Shown: piece by piece, positions 59,820 through 64,000 of the stretch
Layout of the letters: every line of letters begins with the position of its first letter
How positions within the stretch are numbered: position 1 is the first letter of the stretch
Assembly: GCA_032718475.1 (NCBI GenBank)
Contig: JAUCBJ010009039.1
Span: 1 to 64,000, forward strand
Source: Nemertoderma westbladi
Lineage: Eukaryota; Animalia; Xenacoelomorpha
Length of the DNA: 64,000 bases
Direction of reading: 5' to 3'
Made by a program: the position numbers and the translations under genes
The notes under the pieces: generated by a model
Told to the model about the DNA's origin: nothing
Databases searched by the model: none
Seen by the model: only the letters and a program-made list of their open reading frames with translations

Positions 59820-61769
59820 TGAATAAATTAATTAGGCCTATAATTGTAAATAATTATTAATTATCATAATTTCATGAAAATTAGATAATAATTGATTTCT
59901 ATATAATGAATTATCATGAATTTATTTCATTGAATTTCCATTCATTTATTATAGTCTGTAGCAGTCAATGCATGGCTCGCCCCACTATTGGCACACAATT
60001 GAAATATAGCCTACTCGTTAAACTACCAACTAAACGATATACAGGTCAAACTAAAGTTTTAAATAGGACTGCCGGCATCCACATAGACAAAATAAGCAGT
60101 TTAATAATACAAAATTTTTTATGTATTTAATAATATGTTATGAGAAATGGTACTACATGCCTCAATGGCTCGCCCCACATTCTCAGAATTTTACAGGTTT
60201 AAGAAGAATTAAATGATTCTAGATACACAGTAACACACAATACAGTACAGTAAATCATAACACTCAATTGAAAAAGTCAGCCTTCGGTAATTCTCTACTG
60301 TAGGCTCTTGTCATGGCCTGTGTATAGTAGGCTATGAGTTCCTCATTCTACTTTTTAGTATTGGCCTAGATCTGTAGATGGTTTTTTTTAGCTCATTCTA
60401 CATAAAAAGTAGGTCATTCTAGCTCATTCTACTTTTTATAGGCCATTCTAGATCATTCTATGGGGATTATTATTCCAGGCTTTATATAGCAGCCCATAAA
60501 ATACCGTAAGGAAAATACATTTCGAGTGTACATAAAAATAATAGAGCACAAAATTTACTATAGTGTGAAGAAAAATAATGGTAGTGGTCTCAGGTTCCCT
60601 GAGAAGGAATAAAAAGTTTACACAACTACGCTACTAACAGTACATATTGGAAGGTCTACACAATATACAAAAGCAAAAATATATATAAGTAAATAAGTTG
60701 GCTACCCTAAAAAGTATAAGTATATTAAGCATAAATACTGTAATAAGATATAGATAGATACACTGTCTATAGCCTAGCCATGATTCTATTACTCTATGAC
60801 TCATCCATAGAACCCGCACCAATGATACGGCTCGTTCGAGAAGTTTCCCTAGCAACATCCTGCAGAATAAGTTTCGATAGATTCTATAGGTCATTCTAGA
60901 TCGTTCTAGCTCATTCTACCTTTTAGTACTTACCCGGGAAATCCCTGGATGCCTCACAGGCACAGCCATTGTTGGGGTTTCCCTGTACAGCTGTAATGAC
61001 TGAATGATAGCTTCTTATTGGCTGATGGCAATTATTTCTCCAACCAAACGCTCATTCATAGCTGTTAGGGCCTGTTACTGTGTTAGTTACCTCTGCCTAT
61101 TATTATTCGACTAAACAGCATGTGGTGCCAGGGGCGTTGTTCGCTGTCATTCTCAACCTGATAATTGAATTTGAAGGCAACTGTCTCCCTCCATTTTACA
61201 GATAAATTGAAAAATTGAGCAGGAAATTTGAAAAGTTTGGGTAGAATCGGTTTCAGTAGGCTACACACATTTGGCAATTTTTTGAAGTTCCAAAACCCGT
61301 TGATTTTCTGATGTACTGTACTGATATATACAAATTGAGGAAAATGAGTAGGTTACAGGGACGGCACAATAAACGTTGTTCTTAACTACCAATTGAGGGA
61401 AACAAGCAGGTTACCGAGGCTGTCTTTTCTAACCGAAACAAATAAACAACCATCCGGCCACATTCCCATCCACCTCCCCACAAAGCATTCGTGCCGAAAC
61501 GAAAACTGTCTTGGCAGCTTGGCCCACATGCGGGAGTTTAACCCACAACCTCCAAGAGATGTTAATTAAATCTACCCACTACACTACACCTCAGATACCG
61601 TCAGATCAGATCAGATAAGGACATACGTTTTAGTCATCCTACAGCTGCGTAGCGTTTACCAGTTTACACTCTGAGAAATGAGAATATTACGGTACCAGTC
61701 TGCCAGTTTGCTACATTTTATACAATAGGCCTACAACTGTACCGGTACATGTAAGTTCAGAACTACAAT

Positions 61770-62063
61770 ATGCCGAAATCGCGCAGACGCGGATTACCAA
61801 AGTTCAAAATCGCCTACCTACTCCAAGAGAACATTAAGTGCACAGTCGAACATTCACATAATGTATTAATTACGGGGGATTCTCATATTACAACTTTGGT
61901 TAATGAATATATGGAAGATTCTGACACTGCGAAAAAGCATTATCTCAAGGACAGAGATACCTACATAGAAGACCTTGGTATATTACCAACTGGAAGCATT
62001 ACTGTACGCGCTTTTATAGACCTTCAGCAGTTTAACCTGCCGAAATTTATATGTCTTTATTGA
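61770..62063 (+). pseudogene. Truncated second copy of the SGNH-like ORF
   Basis: 61849-62002 differs from 54843-54996 at only 2 positions by eye; similarity stops after TGSIT. Confidence 0.8.
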
Positions 62064-63320
62064 TAATCTGCCTTTTATAAGATGATAAGATTTAATACAA
62101 AACAAACCAAAAACATTAGCCGAAGCCAGTCCATGCGCGTCCAAATGACCCGTTTATAACACCGGGAGACTGGATTCGTGGGCTTAAATTTATTTGCGGT
62201 CAAGCCTACTGTATTATTCGATTGATTACTAATATATAATCTCTGACAAATATTATTCACTTTCGGGAAATATTAGCAGTTCCTTTTAGGACGTGGCGCT
62301 CTACCTATGTAAACAGAGTTATGACTGATACCACACACAACGATATGGCTTAAATTTCAAGCATAGGGCGCATTCTTTAGGAATGCTTTATTATCAGATC
62401 CAATTACTTTACAATCACGCACGCTACCGGTAACGCACAACACTGCTCACTGATATGCCGACAGTTACTGACTTTGATCAGGTATAAAGAGATATGCACT
62501 GGACTCAGGTAGTGTCTGTCAAACAACATTAGATTCACTACAAACACAATAATAAAGTCGCAATTGTTGTACATAACCCTTCTCTCTAACCTGTAGTGTA
62601 TCAAGGATATTGGGAAAATTGTGGGTTGATTATTGATATTCTTCAACTAATAACATCCAATTATACTGATACAAAATTACAAACAGTAAAAGCAGTATGA
62701 CGGTAGGTTAAGATATAATTAGATTGCATTGAATCATTAAGTTATAAATTGGATAGCTTTGATAATAGCTATGCTTTCTATAATTTAGCCTACTAATGTT
62801 CTTATAAAAAGGCAGAAAACATTTCGCTATATCAAAACGGTCTTAAAACACTGATAATAAAGTCCCAAAATCATAACAAAATCATAACAAAAAGTCCCGT
62901 GACTTTAGCTCTCTTATTTTCCAAGAATCCCGTTCAACACATGTAATCAGCAGTGAGACAGGATAATTTCAGTTCAGTAGCTCGGGATTGGTCGAAATCA
63001 GAACTACTCAACGCAGGGCTATGGGTAACTGGGGCAACCTTCCCAAGCCGGCTGGCCAATCGAACAGCTCAGATCCCTCCTAAAGGATTCCAATGCCTTG
63101 GAGGGGGAACTGGTTAGCAAAGAAAACAAATCAGTCATATCCCAGAAAAACCTTTACAGTAGGTTTCAGAGTATTTTAGCGTATGGGGGAAAAACTGGGT
63201 TGCGGGGCGAAGGGCCAGTTACATCCCACAGAAGCTTTTACACCGCTCCCAGAAAATGAGATTGAAGTCTATAAAATATACAAAATCGCAGTTTCTAATA
63301 TACATAAATACTCTAAACCG

Positions 63321-64000
63321 TTAGTCTTTCTTGCGCGGACGGCGTTTACGCAGTTTTTTAAAGCTAGCCAGAGTCCTTTTCTCTTTGGGGCGAGCCACTT
63401 TACAAGGAGGGCTATAACTCCTGGGTGAAGGGTGCAATATAATTGCATCAGAGGGTGCAGGATTGTTATCGGTATATCCGCCAGTTGAGGTTCCGGGTAG
63501 GTTGTCATCAACATCGGGGGACTGGGGTCTAACGGCCTTTAGGGCTCGTTTTAGGACGGCTGCTCTCACAGGTCCTCTGCGAGTGGTCTGAACGGAAGCC
63601 GTGGGTGGACCGTAGGCTGTCAGAAACTGCCTTGGTTTAACGGTTCTCTCCAACTCGCGTTCGCGGGCTCGATATTCGTAAGGCCTTCGATATACTTCTT
63701 GTAACTCAGGATGCGAGTTAACGAATAATTCTCCATAGTCCGGATCGCGTCGGATAAAGTTGATTAAATAATAGGAATGAATATCATTGGGGTTAACTCT
63801 CCTAAGGAATTTGCGCACAAACTTAGTCGAAATACATTCTCCGACGCGCTTTAATAGCTCGTAACTCGGGATGCACGCTTTCTGTTCGACAGAAGCGAAT
63901 AAATACGGATGGAACGCATAGACTCCTTCGTAAGCGCGTCCAGGGTAGTAGCGATGACGTGAGTTACAATGTAAATCAGCGTTCGCTTCCCAAGCTCGAA
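63321..64000 (-). CDS. Unidentified ORF, open to the window edge (>225 aa), with a basic NLS-like C-terminus
   Basis: The frame of ORF 63321-63818 has no stop up to 64000 (RAWEANADLHCNSRHRYYPGRAYEG...); ends FKKLRKRRPRKKD*; higher GC than its flanks. Confidence 0.5.
   Translation of the reverse strand, partial: RAWEANADLHCNSRHRYYPGRAYEGVYAFHPYLFASVEQKACIPSYELLKRVGECISTKFVRKFLRRVNPNDIHSYYLINFIRRDPDYGELFVNSHPELQEVYRRPYEYRARERELERTVKPRQFLTAYGPPTASVQTTRRGPVRAAVLKRALKAVRPQSPDVDDNLPGTSTGGYTDNNPAPSDAIILHPSPRSYSPPCKVARPKEKRTLASFKKLRKRRPRKKD

Overview
AT-rich, repeat-dense animal (invertebrate-type) genomic DNA with spliceosomal introns; it is not prokaryotic and contains no CRISPR array or rRNA. Two host genes are recognisable, both on the minus strand. 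One is an exon of an MTG/ETO/nervy (RUNX1T1/CBFA2T family) gene carrying the start of the NHR1/TAFH domain (1960-2216). The other is a complete 11-coding-exon MAU2/Scc4 cohesin-loader gene (22507-41986, about 605 aa by manual splicing). The rest is mobile DNA: RTE and CR1-clade LINEs, hAT, Mutator, Harbinger and Kolobok-like MITEs, Helitron/Helentron-like elements, tRNA-derived SINEs, a P-element transposase remnant, SGNH-esterase ORFs and several minisatellites. Four patterns stand out. (1) Tandem amplifications copy exon ends together with their 5' splice donors (18 donors in one MAU2 intron, 3 in MTG, 2 in another MAU2 intron). (2) Several unrelated elements have ~140-156 bp internal units that each carry one transcription-factor-like motif (CTCF, RFX X-box, NF-Y, homeodomain). 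(3) A GGTTA/TAACC core is shared by MITEs with different termini. (4) A 26-bp satellite has expanded inside a small ORF. All calls are from manual reading; no database searches were run.
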